Assembly (NCBI GenBank): GCA_005887895.1
Contig: VBPC01000272.1
Location: 5,561 to 69,560 of the forward strand
Direction: 5' to 3'
From: Candidatus Rokuibacteriota bacterium
GTDB lineage: Bacteria; Methylomirabilota; Methylomirabilia; Rokubacteriales; CSP1-6
DNA: 64,000 nt
This document shows, piece by piece, positions 26,557 through 39,869 of this stretch. The notes under the pieces were generated by a model. It did not search any database. It saw only the letters and a list, made by a program, of their open reading frames with translations, and was not told the origin of the DNA. Every line of letters starts with the position of its first letter. Position 1 is the first letter of the stretch. The translations under genes were made by a program, and so were the position numbers.

Positions 26557-27063
26557 TCAACCGCCGAGCCGCCATACCCGGCCGACGGGCGGCTCGCCGC
26601 CGAGCGTGAACTGCGGCAGGGCGAAGTGGTCGGCGAGGTCCTGGAAGACGACCTTCACGCGCGCGCCGATCGCGACCCGAGCCTCCGCCTCCGGCGACAG
26701 GTCGTCCTTCACGAGGTTGGCGATGATGCGCAGCGCCTCGTCGGGCGTCGGGCGGCCGCGCTGCTCGTCGAGCTCGACCAGCACGACGGGGTAGGGTGTC
26801 AGCTCCTTGAAGCCGGGCTGGATGGCGTGGGCGACGATCTCGTAGGAGTGGATCGTGCCGCGGCCGCTCACCTCCTGCCACCGCCAGCCGAGGTCCATGC
26901 ACCACGGGCAGGCGTGCGTCGGCGGATAGCGCATGAGCCCGCAGGCCGTGCAGGCGCGCATCATCAGGGTGTGCGCGCGCGCGTGGGCGAAGTACTCCGC
27001 CCACTCGCTGTCGTTGTCCGGCACGAGCAGCGTCATGCCGCGGTAGCTGACGGGCTGGGGCAT
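26557..27063 (-). CDS. Zn-ribbon/OB-fold protein (DUF35 family, thiolase-associated)
   Basis: 168 aa. CTACGLMRYPPTHACPWC forms a four-Cys ribbon, followed by an OB-fold segment (GTIHSYEIV). Confidence 0.8.
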   Translation of the reverse strand: MPQPVSYRGMTLLVPDNDSEWAEYFAHARAHTLMMRACTACGLMRYPPTHACPWCMDLGWRWQEVSGRGTIHSYEIVAHAIQPGFKELTPYPVVLVELDEQRGRPTPDEALRIIANLVKDDLSPEAEARVAIGARVKVVFQDLADHFALPQFTLGGEPPVGRVWRLGG

Positions 27064-27088
27064 CGCGATCTCTCCTTGCCGTCCGGCC

Positions 27089-27808
27089 TCAGCAGCCGAG
27101 CGCTGCGGCCAGCTCCTGCACGTCGTTCACGATCACGTCCCACTTGCCCTCCGGGGCAAGGTCCGTCGTCTGGCCGGGGCCGTGCTCGAGCGGCCGCGGG
27201 ATGAAGGCGGTCCGCAGGCCGAGCGCCTGCGCGGCGGCCAGATCGTAGTTGTGGGCGGCCACCATCATGACCTCGTCCGCCGGCAGGCCGAGCAGGGCCA
27301 GCGCGGTGCGGTAGACCTCCGGCCGCGGCTTGTAGCAGCGCGCGTTCTCGGCGGTGAGCACGCAGTCCCACGGCAGGCCGGCGAACTTCGCCAGGTGCAC
27401 CATGCCGGCGAAGCTCGCGTTGGACAGCGGCGAGATCAGGTAGCGGCGCCGCAGCCGGCCGAGGCCGGCCACCACGTCGGGCCACGGCCGCAGGCGCCAC
27501 CACGCGCGGGTCAGGTGGTCGACGTCTCCGCGGCGCATGTTGCCGAGGCCGATCGCCGCCAGCAGCTCGACGAGGCGCTCGCGGTAGAGCGCGTCCACCG
27601 TGGTCCACGGCCGCTCGCCGCGGTTGACCGCGTCCATGCCGCCCCGGTAGCACGCCTTCCAGTCGGCGAGGAACCGCGCCCAGTCCTGCTGCCGGCCGGT
27701 CGCGTCACCGAACCGGGCGAGATCGTCGAGGACGCTGGAACGCCAGTCCACCAGCGTGCCGTACGTGTCGAAGAGCAGGGCGACGGGCGGCGTCATGAGG
27801 GCGGTCAT
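27089..27808 (-). CDS. Haloacid dehalogenase type II-like HAD hydrolase
   Basis: 239 aa. [10 protein letters not shown] is the nucleophile motif, and SNAS and KPRPEVY follow. There is an ATGA overlap with the thiolase-like gene. Confidence 0.75.
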   Translation of the reverse strand: MTALMTPPVALLFDTYGTLVDWRSSVLDDLARFGDATGRQQDWARFLADWKACYRGGMDAVNRGERPWTTVDALYRERLVELLAAIGLGNMRRGDVDHLTRAWWRLRPWPDVVAGLGRLRRRYLISPLSNASFAGMVHLAKFAGLPWDCVLTAENARCYKPRPEVYRTALALLGLPADEVMMVAAHNYDLAAAQALGLRTAFIPRPLEHGPGQTTDLAPEGKWDVIVNDVQELAAALGC

Positions 27809-29019
27809 CGCCGCATGATCAGCGCCGAGCCCAGCGGCGGCATCGCCCAGCCGAGGTTCATGGTGATCTCGGCGTCCTTGACCTGACGGCAGCGGCCGAC
27901 CGAATAGTCGTAGGTGTGCTGGCCCTCGGCGGCGCCGGGGCAGTAGTCGTCGACGCGGCCGCGGAGCTGGCGCACGTTCTCGATCACCATCGACATGCCG
28001 TGCGTGTAGCCCTCGCAGAGATGGCCACCCGCGGTGTTGTTCGGCCGCCTGCCGCCCAGCTCGATGACGCCGCTCGACACGTACGCGCCGCCCTCGCCCT
28101 TCTTGCAGAAGCCGTACTCCTCGAGCTGCAGCATCGTCGTGAAGGTGAACGCGTCGTAGGAGCCGGTGACGTGCACGTCGTCGGGGCCGATGCCGGCCTG
28201 GCCGAAGACGATGTCCTTCGCGTAGTAGCCGGCCACGCGGCTGATGGGCCCGTGCGCCCAGTGGAAGTCGAGCCGGGGCTTCGAGACGCGTCCCGCCACG
28301 CCCATGATGTACACCGGCCGCTGCCGACAGTTGCGCGCGCGCTCGGCGGAGGTGACGATGATGCAGGTCGCGTTGTCCGTCTCCAGGCAGCAGTCGAGCA
28401 GGTGCAGCGGCTTGACGATCCACCGCGAGCCGACGACGTCCTGCACGGTCACCCGCTCCTTGAGCAGCGCCTTGGGATTCTGCGAGGCGTGCTTGCTGTG
28501 GGCGACCTTGACGTGGGCCACCTGCTCGGACGTCGTGCCGTAGTCGTACATGTGGCGCATGAACGTGAGCGCGAAGTTCTGCCCGGCGCTGCGCATGCCG
28601 AACGGCACCTGGGCCAGGTCGAGGCCGCGCACCGGCTGGGCGGCGCGGGCGCCGGTGCCGCCGATGCGGAACTCGGAGTAGCCGTTCATGGACCGGTAGA
28701 TGGCGACCGTCCGGCACATGCCGGCCTCGATCGCGCCCATCGCGAGGCCGACCAGCGCCTCCGTCGACGAGCCGCCGCCGACCACGTCCATGTAGAAGTT
28801 CAGGCGGATGCCGAGGTCGGGCGCGACGTGCGGCGCCAGCGTCGAGTCGCCCGACTGGTAGTCCATCATCCCGTCCACGTCGGCGGCGGTGAGGCCGGCG
28901 TCGAGGATCGCCTTGCGCACGGCCTCCACGGCCATCGCGCGCGTCGACCGGTTCGAGCCGCGCGAGTATTCGGTCTCGCCCACGCCCACGATGCAGTACT
29001 TGTCGCGAAGATGGCTCAT
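27805..29019 (-). CDS. Thiolase-like protein (SCP-x/lipid-transfer type, DUF35 partner)
   Basis: 404 aa from ATG 29019 ([21 protein letters not shown]). The longer track ORF start lies inside REP copy 4. Confidence 0.8.
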   Translation of the reverse strand: MSHLRDKYCIVGVGETEYSRGSNRSTRAMAVEAVRKAILDAGLTAADVDGMMDYQSGDSTLAPHVAPDLGIRLNFYMDVVGGGSSTEALVGLAMGAIEAGMCRTVAIYRSMNGYSEFRIGGTGARAAQPVRGLDLAQVPFGMRSAGQNFALTFMRHMYDYGTTSEQVAHVKVAHSKHASQNPKALLKERVTVQDVVGSRWIVKPLHLLDCCLETDNATCIIVTSAERARNCRQRPVYIMGVAGRVSKPRLDFHWAHGPISRVAGYYAKDIVFGQAGIGPDDVHVTGSYDAFTFTTMLQLEEYGFCKKGEGGAYVSSGVIELGGRRPNNTAGGHLCEGYTHGMSMVIENVRQLRGRVDDYCPGAAEGQHTYDYSVGRCRQVKDAEITMNLGWAMPPLGSALIMRR

Positions 29020-29027
29020 CTGTCCGC

Positions 29028-29098
29028 GTGGGGGGCCTCGACATGGCCCCCCACGCCCCCCAATTCCTCGGAGCGCCCCGGGGAACCCGGGGCGCTCC
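29028..29098 (+). repeat. Two-hairpin intergenic repeat (REP-like), copy 4
   Basis: gtggggggcctcgacatggccccccacgccccccaattcctcggagcgccccggggaacccggggcgctcc, between two minus-strand genes. Confidence 0.8.
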
Positions 29099-29121
29099 TC
29101 GATCACGCGCGTGACACGCCC

Positions 29122-30395
29122 TCAGTGAGTGACGGCGGCCGGAGTATAACGCAGGCGCGGCGGCCGGCAGGCGGCGAGCAGGATGAGAGCGACGACGTTG
29201 AGGGCGGCGGCCAGCAGGAAGGCCGGGCGATAGCTGCCGGTGGCGTCGTAGATGGCGCCGGCGCCGAGCGTGCCCCAGGCCGCCATGGAGCCGGCCAGCG
29301 CGAACAGGAAGCCGACGAGCGAGCCGGCCTGCTCGCGGCCGAAGAAATCGCCGACGATCGCCGCGAAGAGCGTCGAGATCGTTCCGTACGAGAAGCCGAA
29401 CACGACCGCGGTGGCATAGAGCGCGGGCAGGTCGCGAGCGACCGTGAAGGCGAGGAAGGCGACCGCCTGCAGCACCATGGCGGCGGCGATCGTCGGCCGC
29501 CGCCCGGCGCGGTCGGAGACGGCCCCCATCGCCAGCCGCCCGAGGACGGCGCCGGCGCCGGTCGCGCTGATGGCCGCCGCCGCCGCCAGCGGCGAGTGGC
29601 CGAGGTCGCGGGCGAACGGCACGAGGTGCACGAGCGGGACGAACACCGGAATCCACGTCGCCGAGAAGGCGAAGCCGAGCAGCCAGAACGCGCGCGTGCG
29701 GATGGCCGCGCCGAGCGCCAGGCCGCCGGCCGTGGCCGCCGCGGTCCCGGCCGGCGCCGGCAGGCCGTCGGGCTGCAGGCCCATCGACTCCGGATCCCGC
29801 CGCATCACCTGGGCGGTCGCCACCAGGACCACGAACACGAGCGCGGCGCCCACGAGGTAGGCGCCGCGCCAGCCGAGGCCGGTGACGGCCAGCTGCGCCA
29901 GCGGCGGCAGCACGAGCGTCCCGGCGCTGGCGCCGCTCCCGGCGATGCCGCTGGCGAGGCCGCGGCGCGCTGCGAACCACTTCACCACGGTCGTGTTGCA
30001 CGGCACGTAGGCGGTGCCCATGCCGAGGGCGGCCACGAGCCCGTAGACCACGTACGCCTGCCAGAGCGCGGTGACGCTGGCCATGGCGGCCAGCGCGCCG
30101 CCCAGGAGGATCCCGCCGGTCGTGATCACCACGCGCGGACCCCAGCGGTCGGTCAGGCGCCCGGCCGGAAATCCGGAGACGCAGTAGGTGAACGCGTAGA
30201 CCGAGAAGACGCCGGAGAGCCCGGTGCGGCTCCAGTGGAACTCCGCGAGCAGCGCCGCGAAGAAGACGCCGAAGCAGTACTGGGCGCCGTAGGCGGTGAA
30301 CAGCACGGCGAACGCGGCGGCCACGATGCGCCAGCCGTAGTAGTACGAGGTCAGCGACGTCGGCGCCGCCGGCCGAGCCGCCAACCCGAGATCGG

Positions 30396-30399
<4 letters not shown>
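29122..30399 (-). CDS. MFS transporter (oxalate/formate antiporter-like)
   Basis: About 425 aa from GTG 30399, which forms a GTGA overlap with the uvrA stop. It has 12 predicted TM-like hydrophobic segments and the motif [10 protein letters not shown]. Confidence 0.75.
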
Positions 30400-33167
<2,768 letters not shown>

Positions 33168-33221
33168 TCGATGCGTCCTCCTGAGAAGGAGAGTCTACCG
33201 GAAGTGGTATGATCGCGCCAC

Positions 33222-34619
<1,398 letters not shown>

Positions 34620-34701
34620 CTCCCCGGAGGTCCTCCCACCGCCGCCTCGCTTGTCGTTCTTCCAACGTTTGCGATTCCGCAGGCTTGAGCCGGCGGAGAT
34701 C

Positions 34702-34716
34702 TGGCACTCTCGTTGC
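34702..34716 (+). promoter_or_regulatory. sigma54 (-24/-12) promoter
   Basis: TGGCAC-tctcg-TTGC is an exact match to TGGCAC-N5-TTGC. It lies 82 nt after the activator gene and 15 nt before ATG 34732. Confidence 0.7.
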
Positions 34717-34731
34717 CCTGTATGAAGCATC

Positions 34732-35136
34732 ATGAACACGCCGCGCCAGCGCCCGATCGAGCTGACCACCCCTCGCCGCCGCCTCAAGACCACACCGGCC
34801 GTCTCGCTGTTCCGCCCCGAGATCGTGCTCGCGACCTCGATCACCGCCGCGCCGGCCCGGCGCACGGTCATCCTGGCCGAGCCCGGGGCCAGGCCGGACG
34901 CGCTCCGCACGCAGCTCGGGACGGCGCAGTCCGTCCTGGCCGGGCTCGACGACGCCCGGCAGACGCTCGGGGCCGCGGCGGCCGACGCGCGGACGCGCGC
35001 GCAGGCAGCGGCGTCGACGCGCGAGCGCGTGTCGGCCACGATCGCCGCCTACCGGGCCGAAGGCGCCCTGGACGACGTACTGACCGGTGCCTGGCGTCAG
35101 GTGTCGGCATTGATGGAGGAGCGAGGACTGCGATGA
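34732..35136 (+). CDS. Hypothetical protein (134 aa), Ala/Arg-rich helical C-terminus
   Basis: GC3-rich frame immediately downstream of the sigma54 promoter. I recognise no family. Confidence 0.5.
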   Translation: MNTPRQRPIELTTPRRRLKTTPAVSLFRPEIVLATSITAAPARRTVILAEPGARPDALRTQLGTAQSVLAGLDDARQTLGAAAADARTRAQAAASTRERVSATIAAYRAEGALDDVLTGAWRQVSALMEERGLR

Positions 35137-35441
35137 ACACGATGAGCCCCGTTTCGAACGTGTACTACCTGGCGGCCTCGGCCCCGGCCCCCGAGCGCGC
35201 TCCGCGGCTGTCGCTGAGCCTGATCCTCCGTCTCCGCTTCATCTCGCTGTACTGGCGGCTGCGCATGACCGCCGCCGAGCTCCTCGACGTGCTGCGCCGC
35301 TTCGGCCGGCCGATGGGCGAGCCCGACCCGGCGTTCCTCGAGCAGCGCGCGGAGATCATCCTGGCGGCGGGCGCGCCGCGCGCGCTCGGCCCGGCGCGGG
35401 TGATCGATCTCGCCGAGGCGCGCACCCGACTCCGGGGATAG
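35133..35441 (+). CDS. Hypothetical protein (102 aa)
   Basis: There is an ATGA overlap with the previous ORF, and the frame is GC3-rich. I recognise no family. Confidence 0.5.
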   Translation: MNTMSPVSNVYYLAASAPAPERAPRLSLSLILRLRFISLYWRLRMTAAELLDVLRRFGRPMGEPDPAFLEQRAEIILAAGAPRALGPARVIDLAEARTRLRG

Positions 35442-35467
35442 AGCGGGGCGTGAGTTACTGATGAGAT

Positions 35468-35493
35468 GGGGGGAGCACTGCGTTGCTCCCCCC
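35468..35493 (+). terminator. Strong GC hairpin after the two-gene cassette (variant of the repeat family's first hairpin)
   Basis: ggggggagca pairs with tgctcccccc (10-bp stem, 6-nt loop) and is followed by aagcccccc as in the REP-like elements. There is no T-tract. Confidence 0.45.
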
Positions 35494-35649
35494 AAGCCCC
35501 CCACCGCTCGGATCGCGTAGCTTCCAGCCGACCTCGCTAGCTCTCGTTCCACGCAGTTCGCCCGTTCTCAGCGCTCAATTCACAGACGGAGGCGGTGACG
35601 CCTCGGCCTCGGCCCGCGCGCGCGTTCGGCCTCGCGCATGTCGCATGTG

Positions 35650-35678
35650 TTGACACGTGGCGGGGGGGTGCGTAGAAT
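35650..35678 (+). promoter_or_regulatory. Near-consensus sigma70 promoter of the Fur-family/rubrerythrin genes
   Basis: TTGACA (35650-35655), 17-nt spacer, TAGAAT (35673-35678). Confidence 0.65.
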
Positions 35679-35691
35679 CCGGGCGCCTAAT

Positions 35692-35706
35692 TGAGAATGA
35701 TTACTA
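35692..35706. promoter_or_regulatory. Fur/PerR-box-like operator
   Basis: TGAGAATGATTACTA resembles the 7-1-7 motif TGATAATNATTATCA, with 12 of 14 fixed positions matching. It is an AT-rich island just downstream of the -10 box. Confidence 0.5.
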
Positions 35707-35723
35707 AGAACGAGGGGCGGCGG

Positions 35724-36227
35724 ATGCGGCCGGGCGGCGGTGGGGGAGTGGCGCCGGTCGAGGTGTGGCGGGCGCGGGGCAAGCGGTTGACGCGGCCGCG
35801 GCGCATCATTCTCGACGTGGTGCGGGCCAGCGACGCCCATCCGTCGGCGCTCATGGTGTACCGGCAAGTGCGGCGCCGGCTGCCCCGGGTGAGCCTGGCC
35901 ACCGTCTATCGCAATCTCCGGATGCTGGCCGCCGAGGGCGTGCTGAGCGAGCGCGCCGACGCCGCCGGCACCCGCTTCGACGGCAACACGGCGCCGCACG
36001 ACCACTTCACGTGCGTGGCGTGCGGGCGCATCTACGACGTTCCGGCGCTGGCCGCGCCGCGCGTGCGGGCCCGCGTCGCGTCGCGCACGGGGTTCGAGGT
36101 CCTCTCGCAACGCATCGAGTTCTATGGCCGCTGCGGCGCCTGCCGTCGCGCCGCCGGCCCCACCCGAGCAAGGAGGAAACCATGGCAGGACGAAGCCTCA
36201 AGGGCACCAAGAGCCTCACGAACCTGA
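35724..36227 (+). CDS. Fur-family transcriptional regulator (PerR-like by context)
   Basis: LTRPRRIILDVV..., HPSALMVY, ATVYRNLRML, HDHFTCVACG and CGAC match Fur-family motifs. The start is uncertain (ATG 35724 has a GAGGGG Shine-Dalgarno; alternatives are 35691 and 35697). The 3' end overlaps the rubrerythrin start. Confidence 0.75.
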   Translation: MRPGGGGGVAPVEVWRARGKRLTRPRRIILDVVRASDAHPSALMVYRQVRRRLPRVSLATVYRNLRMLAAEGVLSERADAAGTRFDGNTAPHDHFTCVACGRIYDVPALAAPRVRARVASRTGFEVLSQRIEFYGRCGACRRAAGPTRARRKPWQDEASRAPRASRT

Positions 36228-36631
36228 AGGAGGCATTCGCCGGCGAGTCGCAGGCGAACCGCCGCTACCTGTACTTCGCGCGCGTCGCGGACATCGAGGG
36301 ATTCCCGGACATCGCGGGTCTCTTCAAGGACACCGCCGACGCCGAGACCGGCCACGCCTTCGGCCACCTCGACTTCCTCAAGGAGGTCGGCGATCCGGCG
36401 ACGGGCGAGCCGATCGGCAAGACCGAGATGAACCTCAAGGCCTCGGTGGCCGGCGAGACGTACGAGTACACGCAGATGTACCCCGGCATGGCCAAGACGG
36501 CGCGCGACGAGGGATTCGCCGAGCTCGCCGAATGGTTCGAGACGCTCGCCAAGGCCGAGAAGTCGCACGCCGGGCGCTTCAACAAAGGCCTCACGCAGAT
36601 TGCCGGCAAGGACCCGGCGGAGGCCATCTAG
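36182..36631 (+). CDS. Rubrerythrin-family diiron protein without a rubredoxin domain
   Basis: 149 aa. A GGAGGA Shine-Dalgarno precedes the ATG. ExxH-type ligand pairs ([17 protein letters not shown]) and [12 protein letters not shown] are present. Confidence 0.85.
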   Translation: MAGRSLKGTKSLTNLKEAFAGESQANRRYLYFARVADIEGFPDIAGLFKDTADAETGHAFGHLDFLKEVGDPATGEPIGKTEMNLKASVAGETYEYTQMYPGMAKTARDEGFAELAEWFETLAKAEKSHAGRFNKGLTQIAGKDPAEAI

Positions 36632-36758
36632 CCTTCAAGGCTCAGTATCGGGGGACGGGGAACGGGTCCCCAGACCCCTCGGCCCGCCCACCACGCCGCT
36701 CGCCCTCGGGGGGGGAGCTCGATGACACAGACCATGTCCATTCCGGCACTCGGAGCCA

Positions 36759-38081
36759 GTGATGTCTAGCGATCCGGCGCTCGATCTTCGGCAGGCGAAG
36801 TTCTGGGACCCTTCGGCGGTCGATGGGGAGCTGCGGAGGGTGTACGACGTCTGTAATGGGTGCCGGCGGTGTCTGCCGCTGTGTCCGTCGTTCAAGGTAT
36901 TGTTCGATCGGATCGACGTCGAGGCGGTCGACGGGGACGTCGAGAAGTTGCCGGCGACGGACGTGAAGGAAGTCGTCGACCTCTGCTATCAGTGCAAGCT
37001 CTGCTACAACCACTGCCCGTACACGCCGCCGCATCGCTGGGCGATCGATTTCCCACGGCTGATGCTGAGGGCGCGGGCGGTGGACGCGCGCCGCAGCGGC
37101 GTGAAGCTCCAGGACAGGATGCTCGGGAACACCGACCTGGTGGGGAAGCTCGGCAGCCTCACGGCCCCGCTGTCGAACTGGATGAACGAGCTGGCCGTCC
37201 ACCGGGCGTTCGTGCAATCGGTCGCCGGCATCCATCGCAAGCGCCGGCTGCCGAAGTTTCATCGCCCCACGTTCTCGTCGTGGTTCAACGCTCGCGCGAC
37301 GAATGCGGGCGTCGTGGCGGATCGGGCAGGCGCGGCGGGCGTGGCGCCTGCCCGGGGGCCTAAGAAAGTCGCCCTGTTCGCGACGTGCACCGTCGAGTAC
37401 AACGCCCCCGCCATCGGCCGCGCCGCGGTGGCGGTGCTCGAGCGCAACGGTGTCGACGTGGCGCTGCCGGAGCAGCGCTGCTGCGGCATGCCGTACCTCG
37501 ACGGCGGTGCGGTGGACCAGTGCCGGGCGCTGGTCAGCGACAACGTCCGCACGCTGGCCGCGGCCGTGCGGGAGGGCCGCGAGATCGTGTCGCCGGGCCC
37601 GACCTGCAGCTACATGCTGAAGCAGGAGTACCCGTGGCTCGACGGCTCCGACGACGCGCGCCTCGTCGCCGGCCACACGCGCGACCTGTTCGAGTACCTG
37701 GCCGGGCTCCACGCCGAGGGCGCGCTCGACACGCGCTTCAGCCGGCCGGTGGGGGCCGTGACGTACCACGTGCCGTGTCACCTGCGCGCCCAGAACATCG
37801 GCACGAAGTCGGCCGACGTGCTGCGCATGATCCCGAACGCCAAGGTCGACGTGGTGGAGCGCTGCTCCGCGGTCGACGGCACCTGGGGCTTCAAGACCGA
37901 GTACTTCGACCTCTCGATGAAGGTCGCCCAGCCGCTGTTCGATGCGGTGCGGGCGGCCGGCGCGCCGACGGTGGCGACCGACTGCCCGCTGGCGGCGCTG
38001 CAGATCGCCCAGGGCACCGGCGTCGAGCCGCGCCATCCGATCCAGGTCCTGGCCCAGGCCTACGGCCTCGAGGACGTATGA
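36759..38081 (+). CDS. (Fe-S)-binding protein with CCG domains (GlpC/heterodisulfide-reductase-related)
   Basis: 440 aa. Two ferredoxin-like Cys clusters (CNGCRRCLPLCP, CYQCKLCYNHCP) and CCG-type motifs (CCGMPY, PCHL) are present. Confidence 0.8.
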   Translation: MMSSDPALDLRQAKFWDPSAVDGELRRVYDVCNGCRRCLPLCPSFKVLFDRIDVEAVDGDVEKLPATDVKEVVDLCYQCKLCYNHCPYTPPHRWAIDFPRLMLRARAVDARRSGVKLQDRMLGNTDLVGKLGSLTAPLSNWMNELAVHRAFVQSVAGIHRKRRLPKFHRPTFSSWFNARATNAGVVADRAGAAGVAPARGPKKVALFATCTVEYNAPAIGRAAVAVLERNGVDVALPEQRCCGMPYLDGGAVDQCRALVSDNVRTLAAAVREGREIVSPGPTCSYMLKQEYPWLDGSDDARLVAGHTRDLFEYLAGLHAEGALDTRFSRPVGAVTYHVPCHLRAQNIGTKSADVLRMIPNAKVDVVERCSAVDGTWGFKTEYFDLSMKVAQPLFDAVRAAGAPTVATDCPLAALQIAQGTGVEPRHPIQVLAQAYGLEDV

Positions 38082-38659
38082 CCCCGATCGCGGTCGACGA
38101 GATCCTGAACCTCTACGAGTACGAGAAGGTGCGCGACGAGCGTCGTCGCGCGGTCATCGCGCTGAAGGCCGAGCGGCGGGTGGCCGTCGGCCGCTACCTG
38201 TCGTTCGTGTTCGAGAACCGCGAGACCGTGTGGTTCCAGATCCAGGAGATGGTCCGGACCGAGCGCATCGTCGACCTCGACAAGATCGCCGAGGAGGTCG
38301 CGGTCTACAATGCGCTGCTGCCACGGCCGGGCGAGCTGGCGGCCACCATGTTCATCGAGATCGAGCAGCCCGACCGGGTCAAGCCCGTGCTCGACGACCT
38401 GCTCGGCATCGACACGCGCGACTACGTGCGCCTGGAGGTCGGGCCCCACGTCGTGGTCGGCGCCTTCGAGGCCGGCCACTCCGACGAGGACCTCGGCAAG
38501 CTGTCGGCCGTGCACTTCGTTCGCTTCGCGCCGCCGGCGGCGGCGCGCCGCGAGTTCGCCGCGGCCGAGGTCGCGCTGGTCGTCGACCATCCGAACGAGC
38601 GCGCGCGCACGGTCCTCGGCCCCGCGACCCGCCGGCGGCTGGCCGAGGACCTGGCGTGA
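38078..38659 (+). CDS. DUF3501-family protein
   Basis: 193 aa with an ATGA overlap. From memory, the sequence pattern (YEKVRDERRRAVIALKAERRV, VWFQIQEMVRTE) and the neighbouring FeS/rubrerythrin genes fit DUF3501. Confidence 0.6.
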   Translation: MTPIAVDEILNLYEYEKVRDERRRAVIALKAERRVAVGRYLSFVFENRETVWFQIQEMVRTERIVDLDKIAEEVAVYNALLPRPGELAATMFIEIEQPDRVKPVLDDLLGIDTRDYVRLEVGPHVVVGAFEAGHSDEDLGKLSAVHFVRFAPPAAARREFAAAEVALVVDHPNERARTVLGPATRRRLAEDLA

Positions 38660-38976
38660 GCCGCGGCCGCGTCGCACTGATCACCGCCGCGCTGGCGCTC
38701 GGCCTGTCCGCCTGCGAGCGCGAGACGCTCAGCCCCGAGGCTCAGCGCGGCCGCCAGGTCTACCTGGGCCAGTGCACGGCCTGCCACGCGTCGGATCCGT
38801 CGCAGCCGGGGCCGGTGGGCCCGGAGATCAAGGGCTCGTCGCGCGAGCTCCTCGAGGCCAAGGTGCTGCGCGGAAGCTATCCGCCCGGCTACAAGCCGAA
38901 GCGGCCCACCGCCGTGATGCCGCCCCAGCCCCAAGTCGCGAATGACCTGCCGGCCCTGGAGGCGTACCTGAAATGA
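38656..38976 (+). CDS. Small lipoprotein c-type cytochrome
   Basis: 106 aa from GTG 38656, with a GTGA overlap. It has an LGLSAC lipobox, the CTACH haem-binding motif and a distal Met (AVMPP). Confidence 0.8.
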   Translation: MSRGRVALITAALALGLSACERETLSPEAQRGRQVYLGQCTACHASDPSQPGPVGPEIKGSSRELLEAKVLRGSYPPGYKPKRPTAVMPPQPQVANDLPALEAYLK

Positions 38977-39043
38977 GGGGGCCCGAAATGGCCCCCCAGC
39001 GCCCCCCACGTTGGTCGACGCGCCCCGGCGAAGCCGTGGCGCT
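38974..39043 (+). repeat. Two-hairpin intergenic repeat (REP-like), copy 5
   Basis: tgagggggcccgaaatggccccccagcgccccccacgttggtcgacgcgccccggcgaagccgtggcgc. The cytochrome c stop codon is the first TGA of the element. Confidence 0.75.
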
Positions 39044-39081
39044 CAGGGGCGCCGCGGCGACGCGGGGGCTCGGCTTCTTCG

Positions 39082-39834
39082 CTAGCGGAAGAGGATGGCG
39101 AGGATGATGTAGAGGATCGCGGTGAGGATGAAGCCGCCCCAGAACGTGCCCCTGAGCGTGGCCAGCGTCTTCTTGCCGCCGGTGGCGGGGGCGGCCGGGC
39201 CGACCAGCGCGTTGATCTCGGCGGCGGCGATGACGATTGCCAGCAGGATGAGCGCGCCCCACTTCTGGCCGGCGCCGCCGGGGTCCGTCATGGTCAGGTG
39301 CTTGGCCGCGCCCATGAAGAAGAGCATCGGGATCGAGAGCATCGTGTTGGTGCGCGAGGCGAGGCCCGCGCGGGCGCCCTTGGCGGCGGCGTCCGGAATG
39401 GCCTGGCCGCCGGTCGCCACCTGCTCGGCCGACCGCATCACGACCTGCTGGTAGGGCCAGATGACGAACCAGACGTTGGCCCACATGGTGGTGCCGAGCA
39501 TACCGCCGAAGAAGATCTTCCAGCCGTACGACGTGGCCGCGAATTCGCGAAGGCCGCCGTAGAGGTGGAAGGCGACGTAGAGGATGTAGAGCCAGCCCGT
39601 GATGAACGTGAACATCGCGCCCCACCGGAACCACCACAACGCGGTGTTCAGCAACCCGCCGCGAACGATGCCCGCCCGGACCTGTGGATTGTCCGCCACG
39701 AACTTGCTTCCGAAGAAGGGCGTCTGGACGAAGTTGAAGTAGTACAGCATCCCGATCCACGTGATCCCGGCGAGGAAGTGGAACCAGCGCAGGAAGAACA
39801 GCAGGTACCCCTGTTCACCACCGAGTGGAGCCAT
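39082..39834 (-). CDS. Integral membrane protein (DUF989/PuuD N-terminal-domain-like?)
   Basis: 250 aa with about 6 TM helices. FLRWFHFLAGITWIGMLYYFNFV resembles the conserved first helix of urate-hydroxylase-type membrane proteins, so the family call is tentative. Confidence 0.6.
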   Translation of the reverse strand: MAPLGGEQGYLLFFLRWFHFLAGITWIGMLYYFNFVQTPFFGSKFVADNPQVRAGIVRGGLLNTALWWFRWGAMFTFITGWLYILYVAFHLYGGLREFAATSYGWKIFFGGMLGTTMWANVWFVIWPYQQVVMRSAEQVATGGQAIPDAAAKGARAGLASRTNTMLSIPMLFFMGAAKHLTMTDPGGAGQKWGALILLAIVIAAAEINALVGPAAPATGGKKTLATLRGTFWGGFILTAILYIILAILFR

Positions 39835-39869
39835 TGGCCCGCCCCTCCAAGTCCTGGTCGAATGATGGA

